A DNA stretch of 62,999 nt, filler included, from Corallochytrium limacisporum Hawaii (Eukaryota > Protista > Pluriformea), in assembly GCA_002811645.1 (NCBI GenBank). It is 5 parts of 5 records of this genome, joined end to end, with 100 filler letters (N's around TTAATTAATTAA, not from the genome) between each part and the next. Parts side by side here need not be neighbours in the genome. Positions count along the whole stretch, not along the records: positions 1 to 16,464 come from PDIP01000254.1; positions 16,565 to 25,535 come from PDIP01000178.1; 3 more parts are not named here. One strand, given 5' to 3'. The number at the start of each line of letters is the position of its first letter. Positions within the stretch are counted from its first letter, which is position 1. Under the pieces are notes generated by a model. It was not told where the DNA came from, made no database searches, and saw nothing but the letters and a program-made list of their open reading frames with translations. The position numbers were made by a program, and so were the translations under genes. Below are positions 11,846 to 23,497 of the stretch, one piece after another.

Positions 11846-14800
11846 TTTGAAAGTGGTTATATTCAAACAGAATAGTGATCTTGTTTGCCTTTCGGTCATA
11901 CGAGCATAGAGACTTTCTTCATGTCCTGTCAGCATTAAGTACCTGTCCAGATTCGAGACTAAACAGAGGCAGCCCAGCGCCGATTTCAGCAAAGCAACCA
12001 AAACTTTTCTACACATTAATCAATTGTAGATGTGGTTATACAAAGTTTGCCCAATGATAATCCCGTATTTTGATCACAGCCTAAGGTACATGCAAACCTG
12101 CGCTGCAGTTGGCACGCCGACTATCCTTGCGCACGATCGTCTCCTTTCCCCTCCCCCCCCCTAAAACTCTCCTACGGGATTGACAGCTAAGCCCCCCTCA
12201 CCATCCACACCTTTCCCGCGTTGCTGGAGGCTGAGTTTTATGGGAGGGCCGGCCTGCGTGGGCGGGGAGGAGTGCGCTGAATCGCCCCAGGGAACCCTTC
12301 CTCCCTTTCTCCATCGCATCAGCAGCTCGAGCCCTGTCTTCGGTTTCGCTCGCTGTTTTCCTGGCAAATATACCACAAGAGGACGGAGACGGCGACAGGG
12401 GGCCCCTCAAGTCCATAGTCGCCACGTTTTCACTTTGCAAATTCTTACCTTTTGATGCGGGGGACAACATTTCCATAGCCACATTCAAATCCTTCGTTCA
12501 CGTCACTGAGACATCTGAAATAATGTCGACATCACTGGAAGTGGGTACGAGATACAGCGCATCCCATGCGACGATGAAATCTGCATGGCAATACATGACT
12601 GTTCTGTACAAATTCAATAATCTTCCGGCGTCCCAAAAATAGCCGAGCGATACGGTTGGTGGAATGCAAGGCAGCGCCACGCTGCACAGCCACTTCTTAG
12701 GCACGCCACTATTACATCATTCTCTGTCTTCCGGACAGTGGCTGTGCATACCGCTATTAGCCCACTGGGTAGTCAGAGGACAAACACATTAGCTCTTTGA
12801 TCGCACATCGAATCAGCTCTTTTCGGTACTTGGTGAAAGCAATGGAATTGCGTCCTGGTTTACGACGCTTGCTACTGATGACCTTCGACCATCAGCAGAG
12901 CGGCATCAAGATCTTGGATATCAATGAGATGAACACGAAGTTTAGTGTCGGCGTCACAAGGCAGGAGCCTAAAGATGCACTCGAAGTCGGACCAATACGC
13001 ACGATTCTGTTTCTTTTAGGATGTCCAATGTACATATATGTATGGGTACTGAGTGGCTGCTATGGGATTCGTGTGAACGCGCTGTCACTTGGAGACTAAC
13101 GTATAACTTCTGGAATTGATTTCGGTACGTTGCGAGAATTCGAAATGATTCCAAACGGCCATGATGTTACCGGTCGAAATGGTAAGGCACATGGTATAAG
13201 ATAACAGTCATCAAAATACGAGTCTTCACCGACCAGGAAGGGAAATGGTACGATACTATCTTGTCCATTGACGATAAGGATGCAAAGAACAGGAGCACCG
13301 AACGGTGGTTCCCCTCATCCGCCCAAACAGACTTCGTTTCGAGCGTCCCAGAGCAAACTTCCTACACCGTCGATGGACTGCTCCCCAGATGTGGATTCAT
13401 TACTCGGCACTGTCAGGGTACCAGAAGGGCCGGAGCTCCGGAGAGCGGGAAGAAAACATCTGCAGGCGGCCCCATCCTTCCCGTCCATGTTTGCTTCGAC
13501 AAAGGTTGGGGATTTTCTCTTAGTTGCGTAATGCCCACGTCGACCAATTCCTGCTACGGACTCATTCCTGTCCTCCACGCATGAGTTACGGTACACAACG
13601 TAAATCACTATCTAATGGCACGATAATACCATACGTAGAAAACATAGGAGACCGAAAGATCAAGTCAGTATGTCCTTTGAATGTCGTGTTTTCTTCTCAA
13701 GGGCTGATTGTTGAAATTGCGGGGTGATTTGGTCTATAGGGCGTGCCAGATCTTGCAGATCTGATCTGCCATTTTTACATCGGCAACTCTGAGCAGCAAT
13801 CTATCCTATTCTAAACGGTGTGTCGGTCCAATGCCGGTCGGGTGAACTCGTGAGGTATACAAATGTACCTCACCATGGATCACCTCATGTTGAGCTTAGT
13901 ATACATCACTCCGTTCCATCAACAGAGATGGAACAAATTGGCTCCGCAGCAGCACAAAGGACAAGGTCTGAATTGGCATGTCATGGACACATCGGTGCCT
14001 TCTCAACCGCCAACACCAAATAGTACGGGCTCTCAGCTTAAAGATGAGATTGTATAGTGTCTCACGAAGCTTGGGACAGCCGTAACATATTGAGCAAGAT
14101 AGTCCTGCAAAAATAGGCGAGACAGCTGTCTCTCTAACTCTTGGCCGACTTGGTCAAAACGATGACTTCTACTTTGCACATACGACTCTGGATGCTGTGT
14201 CCAGTCTTGTTGTGCCCGACGTTGGCGTCTTGCGGAATATAGCCGTACAACAGGGTCGCGAGCAGGACTGGCTGGAAAAAGACAATCACCGCTCAACATA
14301 GCCAAAGCGGGCGATAAGTCTTTGGTCTCGGGCGGGCTTTCTCCGGCGTGCTCCATCATAATTTTGCACTCGCTTGAACCAATACCTGGCAGCGGTTCTC
14401 ATGATCTTCCCTCAATGCACGACAGTAGATTGCCGTCCATGTTTGACCCAAACGATTCTTTGTATTTGTATCCCCAGGGGGGGGGGTGGAGTGTGATTTT
14501 ACGTCCGGAATACTGAAATCATCACCACCTTCTGAAAATACTACGCGTTCCATGGATTTAGATTTGGTGCTCTGCTTCGGCGGTTGGACGAAGTCTTCTG
14601 CGGACTACAGAATTGAACCAATGATTCTACTGTGCCGGAATGTTTTGTCGTCTATGGAGCATAATAAAAACAGCAAGGGGTCAGGATATCTGCTTTTTCT
14701 CGTTCCTTGCTTTTTAATCACTCACAGCTTGATAATTTTCATTGGCTGAAGCTCTAAGTACATATCATCCCCCGGTGCCGCCACTGTCCGTGGGGGATGA

Positions 14801-16086
14801 AACGTGAGAACTATTCAAGCGTGGGTGAGGGTCTTTTTTGCCCCGAGTTCTTGAATATGCAGACTCCTAGACTGTTGTTTGGAATTGTCCGCTTACATTC
14901 CACATTCGATATCACCGTACAACATCCTAATACAATCTCATCAATGATCGAGGGCGCAGGAACGAAGTTGCGATTGGGCCGAGTTTGGGCCGTCCATCTG
15001 TTTGCAAGCCAATTTCTGACACCCTCAACACGTGCGGTCATAGACAATGTGTTTCCGGCGCTTCTGTGGGTAGAGGTGGTGCTGGATGGCACTTGCCCTT
15101 GAGAAGCACCGTAAGCAGTGCTTTCTTTACTCCCTGACTGCACACACTCGAACCTAGTAAAGCACGGATTTTGGTGTCAGCGACTTCAGCCTGCCGTGTT
15201 AGCATGCACCTCGTTGGCTTATACCCGTCCTAGGGGTGGACTGATCAGCAAGGGCCAAATAGGTAGATTCTCGCAAAGGGCGCCTCTTTCCACAATCGCA
15301 AGAGTAGGTTTGCCAACAGTTTGTGTGAAATTTTGCCTACTCCTGCAGGCTTCCCGTCAATTTAGCTCGTAGAAGGACATTGCGGGATTAACGGTAAGTT
15401 GAGGCAAACTGGTCCCCGACAGCGTGAAGCACCTGACCCGATCATGGGAATCACAGACAGCCGCCGACTCAGAGGGGTGCATGTTCTGCCGAGCACCACC
15501 ACGCATCTCACCCATCGTACCATTCTCATCTGTCGATCAATCTGTTAGGGAGCTGCGAGGATGAAGCCTGTCAGGACATTCTACCACCAGCGTATAGCTT
15601 CAGGGTTATATCACCGCCTGTAAGTTTGCGACTCTTATTCAGATGTACTACACGAAACCAGTGTCTTCTCCGCCAAGTATTTTGGGCGAAGGGTGCTTGC
15701 CGACATCACGATTAGTTGATGAAAGATTACATAATGTCAGAGAACGAACGAAAGAAGTGCGTACCAACTACAATGGGTCTCGCCACCGTTGCTATTTTTG
15801 CTAATCTTAGAGATTGTATGTCACTGGAGTCCCCTAAAACGGTCTCGTACGCGTCCGTTTTTGTTGTCTTTGCCCACTTTCATACACTGGCATATGACGC
15901 GGTCATGTATATAAAGCAACGATCCCTTGGTACTGAGAAGAGCTGTCCACGGCGCGTTTGACAGAGGCACGATTCACTTGCATTTGATACGGAAAGTTAG
16001 AAGAAGCAACCGCGTCCAGCCCAACTGGAAATTTGCAAATTCTCCCGTGTAAAGAACAAGCCACATAGACAGATCAAGCAATCTGT

Positions 16087-16464
16087 TCAGACTTTGATCG
16101 TTCCCTGAAGATCTCTTCGGACTGGAAGGTGACGTTGTGGCTCTGTTCCAACAACGTATATTATCTTCCCGTTCTTTTCATCCGGTATGTACCATTTCTC
16201 ATCAATGTGAATGCAGTCATCTAAAGGTTCACATCTTCCGTCCGATCCAAACAAGTTTCGCGCAAAACGAAGTCTTTGAATCCTGGCCCGAAGATCTAAG
16301 TGAGGACGTTCCCTTTGCTTGACCACATCCAGGGTTCCCCTTGCCTTCAATCTTTGGATGTCATCCTTTGTAACGCGCGGTCCGCCGATCCTCTGATTGT
16401 GCTCCGTCAGAATACGGGCAGCTTCTCGAACTGAATGTGGAGTACCATTGCTCTTCAACGGTGT
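16087..16464 (-). mobile_element. Truncated mariner-type (DD39D/plant-mariner-like) transposase fragment carrying the first catalytic Asp
   Basis: RPHLxxxxRIQRLRF...CIHIDEKWY matches the plant-mariner IHIDEKWF block. It ends at IKV-stop where KVMFL is expected, and its 5' part runs into the linker. Confidence 0.8.
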
Positions 16465-16564
16465 NNNNNNNNNNNNNNNNNNNNNNNNNNNNNNNNNNNN
16501 NNNNNNNNTTAATTAATTAANNNNNNNNNNNNNNNNNNNNNNNNNNNNNNNNNNNNNNNNNNNN
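16465..16564. other. Artificial contig linker N44-TTAATTAATTAA-N44
   Basis: Six-frame stop spacer flanked by exactly 44 N; the same design occurs four times. Confidence 0.95.
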
Positions 16565-16701
16565 GATTGTTAAAAAGAGCAAAATATAATGAAATAGAAT
16601 GGAATCAATATAAGTTATTATACAATCAAGATTAAAAAAGATCCTCGGGAGTCAAGTTTTTCGGAGTTTTGACCCTAACATACCAGACAGAGGGTGGTAC
16701 T
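16565..16701. mobile_element. Repeated 137-bp element end (copy 2), candidate mariner terminal region
   Basis: About 98% identical to 66-202; sits at a contig start. Confidence 0.5.
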
Positions 16702-17072
16702 GGGAAGTAATGTAAGCCGTTTGTTAATGGCATTGCGGTTGCAGTCAGTAATGAAGGATCAGATGGAGCGGTCGGTTTGCTTCAAGAGACATGATTTCTT
16801 TTCGAACGCCAACTGGGCATTTGCTGAGGAGAGCCCCTCTTGAGGACTCGAAAAGATATTTCTCGAGTGTATGCTAAGCTGTCGAATATAAATGTCCATT
16901 GGTCCGCTAGGTTCATGTTGTGACAGAAACCAACAGTGATCGCACGTTCAAGGACGAAAACTGACACCAGTAATTTAGAGAACGATCATGAGCAGGCAAA
17001 GTTGCATAGCAGGAATATGGTAAGCAAGGCTGGAACTTCATGAGCGACTCTTGCGCTTGGTAGACTTGCAAA

Positions 17073-19961
17073 ATGACGGAATCGAAACCGCCAGTTACGT
17101 CTGGTTTCACGGCCAAAGACGTTGTCGAAGGCAGTCCTCTCAAGAAGCGTGGAAATATTTCTGAGGATGAGGCCAGCACAGGATCTGCACCAGCGAGCTT
17201 GTTGCGGGAGCAAAGGGGACGATTCAGGGTGAAGGACGAGACTAGTCACGAAGCTCCACCTGCTCTGCAATCGCAAACGGTGCATGAGACAGATGAAGAG
17301 CATGAGAAGAAGGAGGGTCTTCCACTGCCACCACCGGTGAAGAAACAAGATAGTGAGCAAGGGACAACTATTGCGGCTCCAAAGAAGGCGTCGAGATTCA
17401 AGGTGACCTCAAAAGTGAACAGTGAAGAATCTGTGAATGAGGCTGGTGCTAATGACGGACAGAGGGGAACTCCTTCTGAGCCTGCGGCATCTGGAGGGTT
17501 TGGAAGCACCACCGCAAAATCAGGGACTAGCACTGCGCCAGTCAGCCAGCAGGCACCACAAGTACTACCCCAGCAGGCTAGCGGCATACAAATGCAGGGT
17601 CTTCCATATGCTCCTCAAGGTGCCATATCTGGTGTACCACTACCCATGACTGGGTATACAACACCGCCGTATTCTGCCGAGTTTTTCACCGATCATCCTG
17701 CACCACCACCTATCACCCCACAGATGCAGCCTGTGGCAACCGTCCCGACTGCCCGGAGTTCAACAGCTTCTGCGGAGGGACCAGGAATGCGCAAGAATCG
17801 GTTTGTGAAGATCTTGAGTGTGCCCACTAGCTACAAAGAAGTACGTGAATATCGCAGTGGACGATACAATGTGAAAGACTTAAGTGAGAGGGCTGCCTTG
17901 GCTGCCATGGACGCTTCACCGGATACTACCGGAGTCCTTAGCGCCCAGGCTTCTCCGCGGAATCCATATCCAGGCTCTCATCATGGCTCACAGGCGACGA
18001 TGTCACCTGCCCAAAGCCACACTACACTTGTGGCTACTGACGGTGAGGGAGGTGCTAGTACGGTTGTAATCACAGATCAGGGCCAGGGAGGCGCACAGAA
18101 TTCACCCGTTCAGCAAGCACCTGTACAACAAGGTGAACCACAACCAATGCCAACTGGTGTGGCTCCGGGATATCAGCAACCGTATGGAAGACAGTTAACT
18201 GCAGAACAGAAGCTGAATTCTGTGTTGAACTACTGTGTAAAGCTGAGTGTGCGGGTGGATTGGATGGTGGAGGAAATGCGCCGGCAGAAGAACTTCCAGA
18301 AACGAATTTTACAGCAAAACGTTCAGCTGCAACATATGGTAAACGTACTTCTGCCCAAAGATGGTAGTGCTGTGTACGCTTACAACAGCGGCAAGATGCG
18401 CTACATGGACGCAGTTCAACAATCCATAGATCCCGCATCACAAGCACAACATGGCACTCACCACCAGCATCACCAGCACCACCAACACCATCAACACCAT
18501 CACCAACCAATTGCTCAGCAGCAGGCTCAGCCCAGGGCACAGCAAAGCAACCCAGCCGCAGCACCGAAGCCTCTGGTAGAAGTCAAGCGTAACCGTACCG
18601 GACCTCAAACGGGCGTATCTGGCAGTTCATCTACTGATACTGCGAAGACAAACGGACAGAATGCCCAGCAGAGCCAGCAGCCGAAAGCGGCTCAGGGGCA
18701 ACAGAAACCTCAACCACAACCGCAACAACAAACTCAACAGCAGCAGCAGAAGGCCCAACAGCCTCCGCAACAACAGAAGCAATCGCAAACAGTGCAGCAG
18801 AAACAGCGTCTTCCAGCGTCACAACAGAGAGTACTTCAAGAAACCCCGCATCGCCAGTCAGACGGAGGTGTGGGCAGTGCCCGATCCTCTGTTGTCTTGA
18901 CGTCAACACGTCACTCGGAGACGGATGCCATACCTCAACACCACCCGAGCCAGCTTCAGCACATGCAGCAGCATCAATCATTTGGGCCATTCCAAAGCAG
19001 CGGACATAGCACCTTTGTCCCGGCTGGTGCGGCCTCCTCAGTGGTCCATCATCGTCAGATGACAGGACAGGTGAAGAATGGTGTGGCAGCAATGTCACCG
19101 ATTGTAAACGATCCATGGGGACCAGAATTGCAATGGGGCTCCGTGCAACAGTATGTGGAGGCAACTGGGAGCAATCCAAGTGTGCAGAGTAGCGTTGCAG
19201 CCCTCAGTGATGGTGTTACCGTGGACCTTCCTACCGAAACACTTCTGGATACCCCCATGCCTGGTCAGACCGCAACGGTGAACGCACAACCTGGGTTCTT
19301 TGAGGATCCACTTGACCCAATGGCTCAAGGTGTGTTCCAGACGTACGCGACTTCCATCCCAAATTACCCCCCCTTGAGTGGCGTGCCTATGGCGGCCGGT
19401 GGGACTGAGCATCTCGAGTACACCACTGGGACACCAGGTCCCATCAATCCAGGCTTTCCGCAGTATGGACAGCCAGTAGGCATGACTACAGCTGCCATGC
19501 CAGCGTACATGCAGCAGCCAATTATGCAACAGCAGATAATTCATACTCAACAGCCAGTAATGCTGCAGCATCATCACCAGCAACCGCAGCAACTGCAGCA
19601 GCAACAACAAGTACCATCGCGTCAGCCATCGCAACACCAGCCACAGACCCAGCAACAGCAGCCACAGCAGCAATCCCAAGGCCAACCAAAGACGCAAAGG
19701 TCTGCACCGGTTGGAACTACAGGCATGCCGCATAAACAAGCGCCCAACGGGCGACCCAACGGTGTTGCCCCCGCCTCTGCAGGTGCTACCGTGGGCTCTA
19801 GTGCTGGTGTGGGCCAAACTGGCACACAGCGTAAACCCCCACAGGGTGTAAAGACCGTTAACATTGTCATGCCTCCGGGCAGCGGAGCAATAGCGCAGAC
19901 CCCAGTGCAACCTGACACACCTGTTCCAGTAGTACAGGGTAGCAAACAGGATGGATCGTGA
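17073..19961 (+). CDS. Gln/Pro-rich disordered protein with RFxV-type motifs and a short coiled coil; TSC22D/Bunched-like candidate
   Basis: 962-aa ORF. GRFRV, KKASRFKVTS, NRFVKI...GRYNV; helical segment EQKLNSVLNYCVKLSVRVDWMVEEMRRQKNFQKRILQQNVQLQ; polyQ/H tracts. The gene is well supported; family assignment is tentative. Confidence 0.8.
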   Translation: MTESKPPVTSGFTAKDVVEGSPLKKRGNISEDEASTGSAPASLLREQRGRFRVKDETSHEAPPALQSQTVHETDEEHEKKEGLPLPPPVKKQDSEQGTTIAAPKKASRFKVTSKVNSEESVNEAGANDGQRGTPSEPAASGGFGSTTAKSGTSTAPVSQQAPQVLPQQASGIQMQGLPYAPQGAISGVPLPMTGYTTPPYSAEFFTDHPAPPPITPQMQPVATVPTARSSTASAEGPGMRKNRFVKILSVPTSYKEVREYRSGRYNVKDLSERAALAAMDASPDTTGVLSAQASPRNPYPGSHHGSQATMSPAQSHTTLVATDGEGGASTVVITDQGQGGAQNSPVQQAPVQQGEPQPMPTGVAPGYQQPYGRQLTAEQKLNSVLNYCVKLSVRVDWMVEEMRRQKNFQKRILQQNVQLQHMVNVLLPKDGSAVYAYNSGKMRYMDAVQQSIDPASQAQHGTHHQHHQHHQHHQHHHQPIAQQQAQPRAQQSNPAAAPKPLVEVKRNRTGPQTGVSGSSSTDTAKTNGQNAQQSQQPKAAQGQQKPQPQPQQQTQQQQQKAQQPPQQQKQSQTVQQKQRLPASQQRVLQETPHRQSDGGVGSARSSVVLTSTRHSETDAIPQHHPSQLQHMQQHQSFGPFQSSGHSTFVPAGAASSVVHHRQMTGQVKNGVAAMSPIVNDPWGPELQWGSVQQYVEATGSNPSVQSSVAALSDGVTVDLPTETLLDTPMPGQTATVNAQPGFFEDPLDPMAQGVFQTYATSIPNYPPLSGVPMAAGGTEHLEYTTGTPGPINPGFPQYGQPVGMTTAAMPAYMQQPIMQQQIIHTQQPVMLQHHHQQPQQLQQQQQVPSRQPSQHQPQTQQQQPQQQSQGQPKTQRSAPVGTTGMPHKQAPNGRPNGVAPASAGATVGSSAGVGQTGTQRKPPQGVKTVNIVMPPGSGAIAQTPVQPDTPVPVVQGSKQDGS

Positions 19962-20045
19962 GTCGCTGAAACAAAAGTACTGAAATATATGTGAATTTAA
20001 TTGTCGTCGAAGAGCGGTTGGGCTCATGAGCCATGAGTCCTCCAA

Positions 20046-22997
20046 TCACCAGAACATGAGCGCAGACTGCTTCAAAACCTGATCTCTGTGTTGCTTCCAA
20101 TTCTCGGGAGTGACCCACGAGTACTTTGTGACCTCAAGGCGGGCCAGAATGGATGCCCCGTGCCAGGTCATGGTCATCACATTATTACTGCGTGGATTCG
20201 ACAGCACTTCAACCCGGTCAGAGCTTGCATTGACTTCTTCTGGCATGGTAAGACTGAGAGTCTCCCTGAGGAAACTGCCCAGATTTGGGATCCGCGCAGC
20301 TCCTCCTACAAGCACAATGTTGCCGTACATGTGAGCATGGAGTTTGGGATGACACCCACCGATAGCCCTGTGCATGGCATGGTGAAGGGATGGTGAAATG
20401 TCAAGCGCTTCTTTGGTGTCCTTGTTGCTAAAGATGGTATTGGCATCTCCAAGTGCAGCCATTGCACTCTTCTTTAGTCCACGCATAGCATTTGGCACAG
20501 CGCCATCACCGTCGCCGTCCTGTTCCGATGGCCAGCGGTCAGGTACAAGGAGCGTCGGCGGCGTCATGGGTTCCCCAGTCACTATATCCTCAGTCTTGGC
20601 CCCACCATCCACAGCTCCTTCTGCATCCTCCTTTCCGTCATTGACCACAATTTGTGGCTTTGTTTCCTCCGCATCATCAGCTGTAGCATCTGCCTGCGGT
20701 TCAGCAACGACCTTCTTCTTTCGACCTCCACGTTTACGCTTTACTGGTGGTGTTGGCTCGCCGTTTTCATCCACACCGTTTCTCTCGGCCTCAGCAGCTT
20801 CTGCTTCTTTCAAGCGCAGCTCCTCTTCCGCTGCAATTGCTTCTTCATCTCTCTTGTAGTCACGGGTCCACTCCACAGTTCGGATGCCCCTGCGATGTGG
20901 GTTTGCTGCCACAAAACGATTATCAATCTGTTTGAGCATGTGCAGCCAGGCGGCACTGCGATAGTCCTCTGGGTCCTCATGACGGTGGTTGTGGTGCCAA
21001 TGAGATGAGACCGTGGGAGGCAGTGATCCCACAGCACAAGGATGTCGCATGGTTTGGTAGGCGAATGCGAGCAAAACGGATGGTTCGAAGTACGTCAGGG
21101 CTGCCTGGAACCCTTCATCACTGATCTTAATCTCGTAGCTTAGTGCCGTTTCCCAGGGCCGGTCTCCTTTCTGAAGATCAAACTCGGACTGGGGATAATC
21201 GTCGGCACGCTCCCTACTCTCTGGGTGCTCTGGACTTCCCACCTCTGGCAACGGAAGAATAAATTCACTCAAAGTGAGCGCAACTGAACCGGTCTCCGTG
21301 TCGAGATGGCACATATCCCTCTTCAGTCGATCTAATGCCATAAAGTCCATCCAGCGCTGAATATTGCATTCCCGATAGGGAAACGACACTCGACTCAGCA
21401 ACCAGTGCAGCGATTCAGTGACATCATCGCCGCCAAAATTGAGGTGATATCTGCTGCGACGTAGTACGATGCCATTCTCGACGCAAGATACCGACGTCTT
21501 GGTAGCACCCAAGTCTACAACACATGCATAACTGATTCCATTTGCTGCTGTGGCGCACAAGCCTTCCTGAACTAAAGACACACCACTGAAGTGCATGTCA
21601 TTCAGAAGCATGTCAATAAGGATCCGGCAATCTTCTCGATCGTACAAGTCTGGCACGGTCAGGATCACATTGTGTTCGGGCCATTCTGCTCTTGGAATTC
21701 CAAGAACATCGGCAATGATCCGTCCCCAGATAGTTCCCGCATGTGCTGCAGCACCCACGCGACTGATGCCTTCCGTCACCGGGCCTGCATTGAGATTGCC
21801 ATACCGGAATGGCCAGTATAGCATAGATTCATAGATAGCCGGATCATCCTCTTTGATAGAGTCCGCCTTGCGTTCCATACTTAAGCCTAGATTCGACCGG
21901 CCTTGATCCAAATCATGCCATTGCGAGGCATAGGTCATGCCCCGTGCCAGTGCCTCGAGCATAGCAGTGCGACCTATCAGAGGCTTTTTGCGTTCACAGT
22001 CGCGTACGTTTGCTTGCGTATTCATGATCATGGATTTCGTACCCGTGGCTGATAACGCCGCTCCAGCACTGGCAACAGATGTATGTCGGGTGCGGCGATC
22101 ATCGTCTGCCGAAGCCTCGTTGTCATCGTTGTCCTCTTCGTCGCCCTTTGCATCTGTGCCGTTATCGGTGTCCTTCTTCGCAAGTTCTTCATCGGCGTTA
22201 GTGTCTTGCTCCTGATCTGCGTCCGTGCCTGCAGCGTCAGAGTCCGCATAAATGCCGCTTGGGTCTTGCCACAGAGTTCGATCAACAACACTGTTCGGTA
22301 CGACTCCCTGATTGTGCCGATTGGACTGAGTCACCAGATTGTTCCGCTTTCGGCGTTGAATGCGATTTAGAACAGAACCCAGTTTGTCTTCTCTTCGCTT
22401 ATTCACTGCCGCTGTTTCCTGTTGCGTGCTCAAGGTAGCAATTGACAACCCATTGTCAAACTCATCTGTCAAGACTGCCTCCTTTCTTTTGAGTCGTTCC
22501 AACAAAACACAATGGGGAATAATAATGGGCTGCTTGTCACTGCTCAAGCCAATACGTACATGACGAGAGCCAGGCTGAATGACAATAATTGAAGAACGGA
22601 ATGCCTCAGGCACGCTGGATGACTCCGATCCGCTATCACTGTCATAATCTGCTCCAGACACTAAATCGTCGTCGTCATCGGCATCACTATCATCATCTTT
22701 GTCCCGTGCACTCCACTTTGATCGGCTCATCTTTGCGGTTGACGCGCGGTCCTCATCATCTAGTTCTGATAGAGCCAAATTTGAGGCGGAGTCTGCGAAT
22801 GAGGTCGTTCGTCCAGATTTGCGTCCCCTCTTGCTGACCGGTGAAAGTCCAGTAGCAGCATTAGCTTCTCTTTTCAGAGTGCGCCTTTCGAGGCTCATGG
22901 ATGGTGAAAGCCGTGCGGCGCCTCGTCCGCGACCTCGGCCGCGCCCACGACCACGCCCACGCCCACGCCCACGCCCACGACCACGACCCCGTGGCAT
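20046..22997 (-). CDS. ARP8: Actin-related protein 8 (INO80 complex subunit)
   Basis: IVIQPGSRHVRIG, WPFRYGNLN, VILTVPDLYDR, QEGLCAT...ACVVDLGATKTSVSCVENG, GGDDVT...FPYREC, IVLVGG, WHGASIL. First ATG at 22997, followed by (RG)12. Confidence 0.92.
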   Translation of the reverse strand: MPRGRGRGRGRGRGRGRGRGRGRGRGAARLSPSMSLERRTLKREANAATGLSPVSKRGRKSGRTTSFADSASNLALSELDDEDRASTAKMSRSKWSARDKDDDSDADDDDDLVSGADYDSDSGSESSSVPEAFRSSIIVIQPGSRHVRIGLSSDKQPIIIPHCVLLERLKRKEAVLTDEFDNGLSIATLSTQQETAAVNKRREDKLGSVLNRIQRRKRNNLVTQSNRHNQGVVPNSVVDRTLWQDPSGIYADSDAAGTDADQEQDTNADEELAKKDTDNGTDAKGDEEDNDDNEASADDDRRTRHTSVASAGAALSATGTKSMIMNTQANVRDCERKKPLIGRTAMLEALARGMTYASQWHDLDQGRSNLGLSMERKADSIKEDDPAIYESMLYWPFRYGNLNAGPVTEGISRVGAAAHAGTIWGRIIADVLGIPRAEWPEHNVILTVPDLYDREDCRILIDMLLNDMHFSGVSLVQEGLCATAANGISYACVVDLGATKTSVSCVENGIVLRRSRYHLNFGGDDVTESLHWLLSRVSFPYRECNIQRWMDFMALDRLKRDMCHLDTETGSVALTLSEFILPLPEVGSPEHPESRERADDYPQSEFDLQKGDRPWETALSYEIKISDEGFQAALTYFEPSVLLAFAYQTMRHPCAVGSLPPTVSSHWHHNHRHEDPEDYRSAAWLHMLKQIDNRFVAANPHRRGIRTVEWTRDYKRDEEAIAAEEELRLKEAEAAEAERNGVDENGEPTPPVKRKRGGRKKKVVAEPQADATADDAEETKPQIVVNDGKEDAEGAVDGGAKTEDIVTGEPMTPPTLLVPDRWPSEQDGDGDGAVPNAMRGLKKSAMAALGDANTIFSNKDTKEALDISPSLHHAMHRAIGGCHPKLHAHMYGNIVLVGGAARIPNLGSFLRETLSLTMPEEVNASSDRVEVLSNPRSNNVMTMTWHGASILARLEVTKYSWVTPENWKQHRDQVLKQSALMFW

Positions 22998-23497
22998 CGT
23001 GTTTCTTAATGTGTTCTTCTGTCTGAAATTCAATGTAACCTACATCCTCATTGCCCCTTTGTTTGTTTGATATTCACTCCAATGGACGAGACTTAGCTCT
23101 TCCTCAACTTCTTCGGATGTGCCTCCTTTAGAACCATTCCGTTAGTACAAAGGTGAATATCAAATCACAGAAGCCCAGAGCCAACAAAAAGAAAAAACAA
23201 AACGCGGTCCCGTGGGTTCCAAAACCCGCAGCAGTTGCTCCCAATGCATGGAAAGGGTCTGTTTTGGCCTTGGTTGGTATTTTTCTCTACGCACAGCGCT
23301 AGGAGGCTGCTGGCCCGACCTCCCGCCTTCGGGTGCTGAAGGGTACCGACGCGGAATTTCGTCCTCGGGGAGAGGCTATAAATTCTATGTTGTCGCCGGC
23401 AAGGTACTTGATGGCACTAGTGGCAACGCACACAGTGGCTTCACACAGCGTTTGATGAATTGTGATTGGAGCATGTGCCAACATGGCATATAAAACA

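Noticed and set aside
14033-14359. 108-aa ORF and other short intergenic ORFs (8711-9028, 32556-33101, 38882-39580, 59502-59954)
   Set aside because: No recognisable motifs; may be decayed genes but cannot be called.
16509-16520. TTAATTAATTAA as a biological motif
   Set aside because: Always centred in exactly 44+44 N; an artificial six-frame stop linker.
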